Below, one piece after another: positions 63,244 to 64,000 of a stretch of 64,000 nt of DNA; position 1 is the first letter of the stretch; the number at the start of each line of letters is the position of its first letter. The notes beneath the pieces were generated by a model, which did not search any database, was not told where the DNA came from, and was given only the letters and a program-made list of their open reading frames with translations. The translations under genes and the position numbers were made by a program. This stretch comes from the human T2T-CHM13v2.0 reference genome, Homo sapiens, in NCBI RefSeq assembly GCF_009914755.1, contig NC_060947.1. One strand, given 5' to 3'.

Positions 63244-64000
63244 GTCTGAAGTGTCTAGAGTTGCTATGTTGGCAAACTATTGTCCCACTTTGACCAACTT
63301 ATCCTCCTTCCATATTCATGATTGTTGAGACGATATAACCTTTCAAGGTCTGCCAAGAGATCATCTTTGAGATTAGGTAACATTTGCATAACTTGTGCAC
63401 TCAAGCATGTGGGGTGTGTGAAAGAAGTCTCTGAAACAGTTCATTTCGTTGCACTTGTAGGAAAACTTGTTTCCCTACTCTAAAAGACAAGGAAAATTGG
63501 AAAGCGGTGGTGTCGGGTTGGGGGGGTCTTACTTTGGCAGCCTTTTTCTCATTCCAGCTCTGTTCACCAACTTCAGGTTAATCAAGGGAAGTTTGTACCC
63601 CAACCTCAGGTCTGCGGTGGGCCCCTAGTTACCTAAGGGCCATGAGACTTAGACTGGCACCTAAGTCCACGCAGCCGGCCCAGTAAATAGTGTGGAACAA
63701 GGAACTGCCTCCCTAGCCTCACAGCACTTCAAGGAGCAGGCCTGGCCAATTGATCCAAAGGTGTATCAGAAATACTTGAATGCAAACGGGAGGAAAGATA
63801 GAAAACGTTGGTGTTTTGCTGCATGGAAAGCCATCTCTTGGGTGAGGTTAGCTTTGGAGTGATAAAGGCTGGTCATGCAAGAAACTCCCAGCTTAGTCAT
63901 AGATCTTCCTAACCCTCACCCCTCCATTGATGCCAAGGCAAAGTGCTCCCCACTGGGGATGGAAAGGGGCCAGCTCCCTGGCTTTTACACGTGCTAGGGA

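Noticed and set aside
63400-64000. Slightly GC-richer unique end, a possible promoter
   Set aside because: CpG density is too low for an island, and no core promoter can be supported from the sequence alone.

Overview
Primate (ape/human-like) non-coding genomic DNA that is almost entirely transposable elements. I recognise no host protein-coding gene. It contains three near-full-length L1PA4/L1PA5 LINEs (one with an intact 341-aa ORF1), an older L1PA16/17-type LINE, about 14 Alus, many MaLR/ERV1/ERVL LTRs, a decayed ERV-L provirus, MER5/MER58 DNA transposons and a Y3 RNA retrocopy. Three features stand out. (1) A ~960-bp orientation-switching cryptic repeat at 30899-31863, built from CACGTG and TGACTGACA words and sitting between two inverted Alus. 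(2) Mosaic sharing of non-consensus substitutions among the three separately located L1PA4/5 copies, which suggests local gene conversion. (3) A complex 233-bp tandem duplication with a fold-back junction at 62205-62942. Subfamily names come from my recall of consensus diagnostics, not from a database search.
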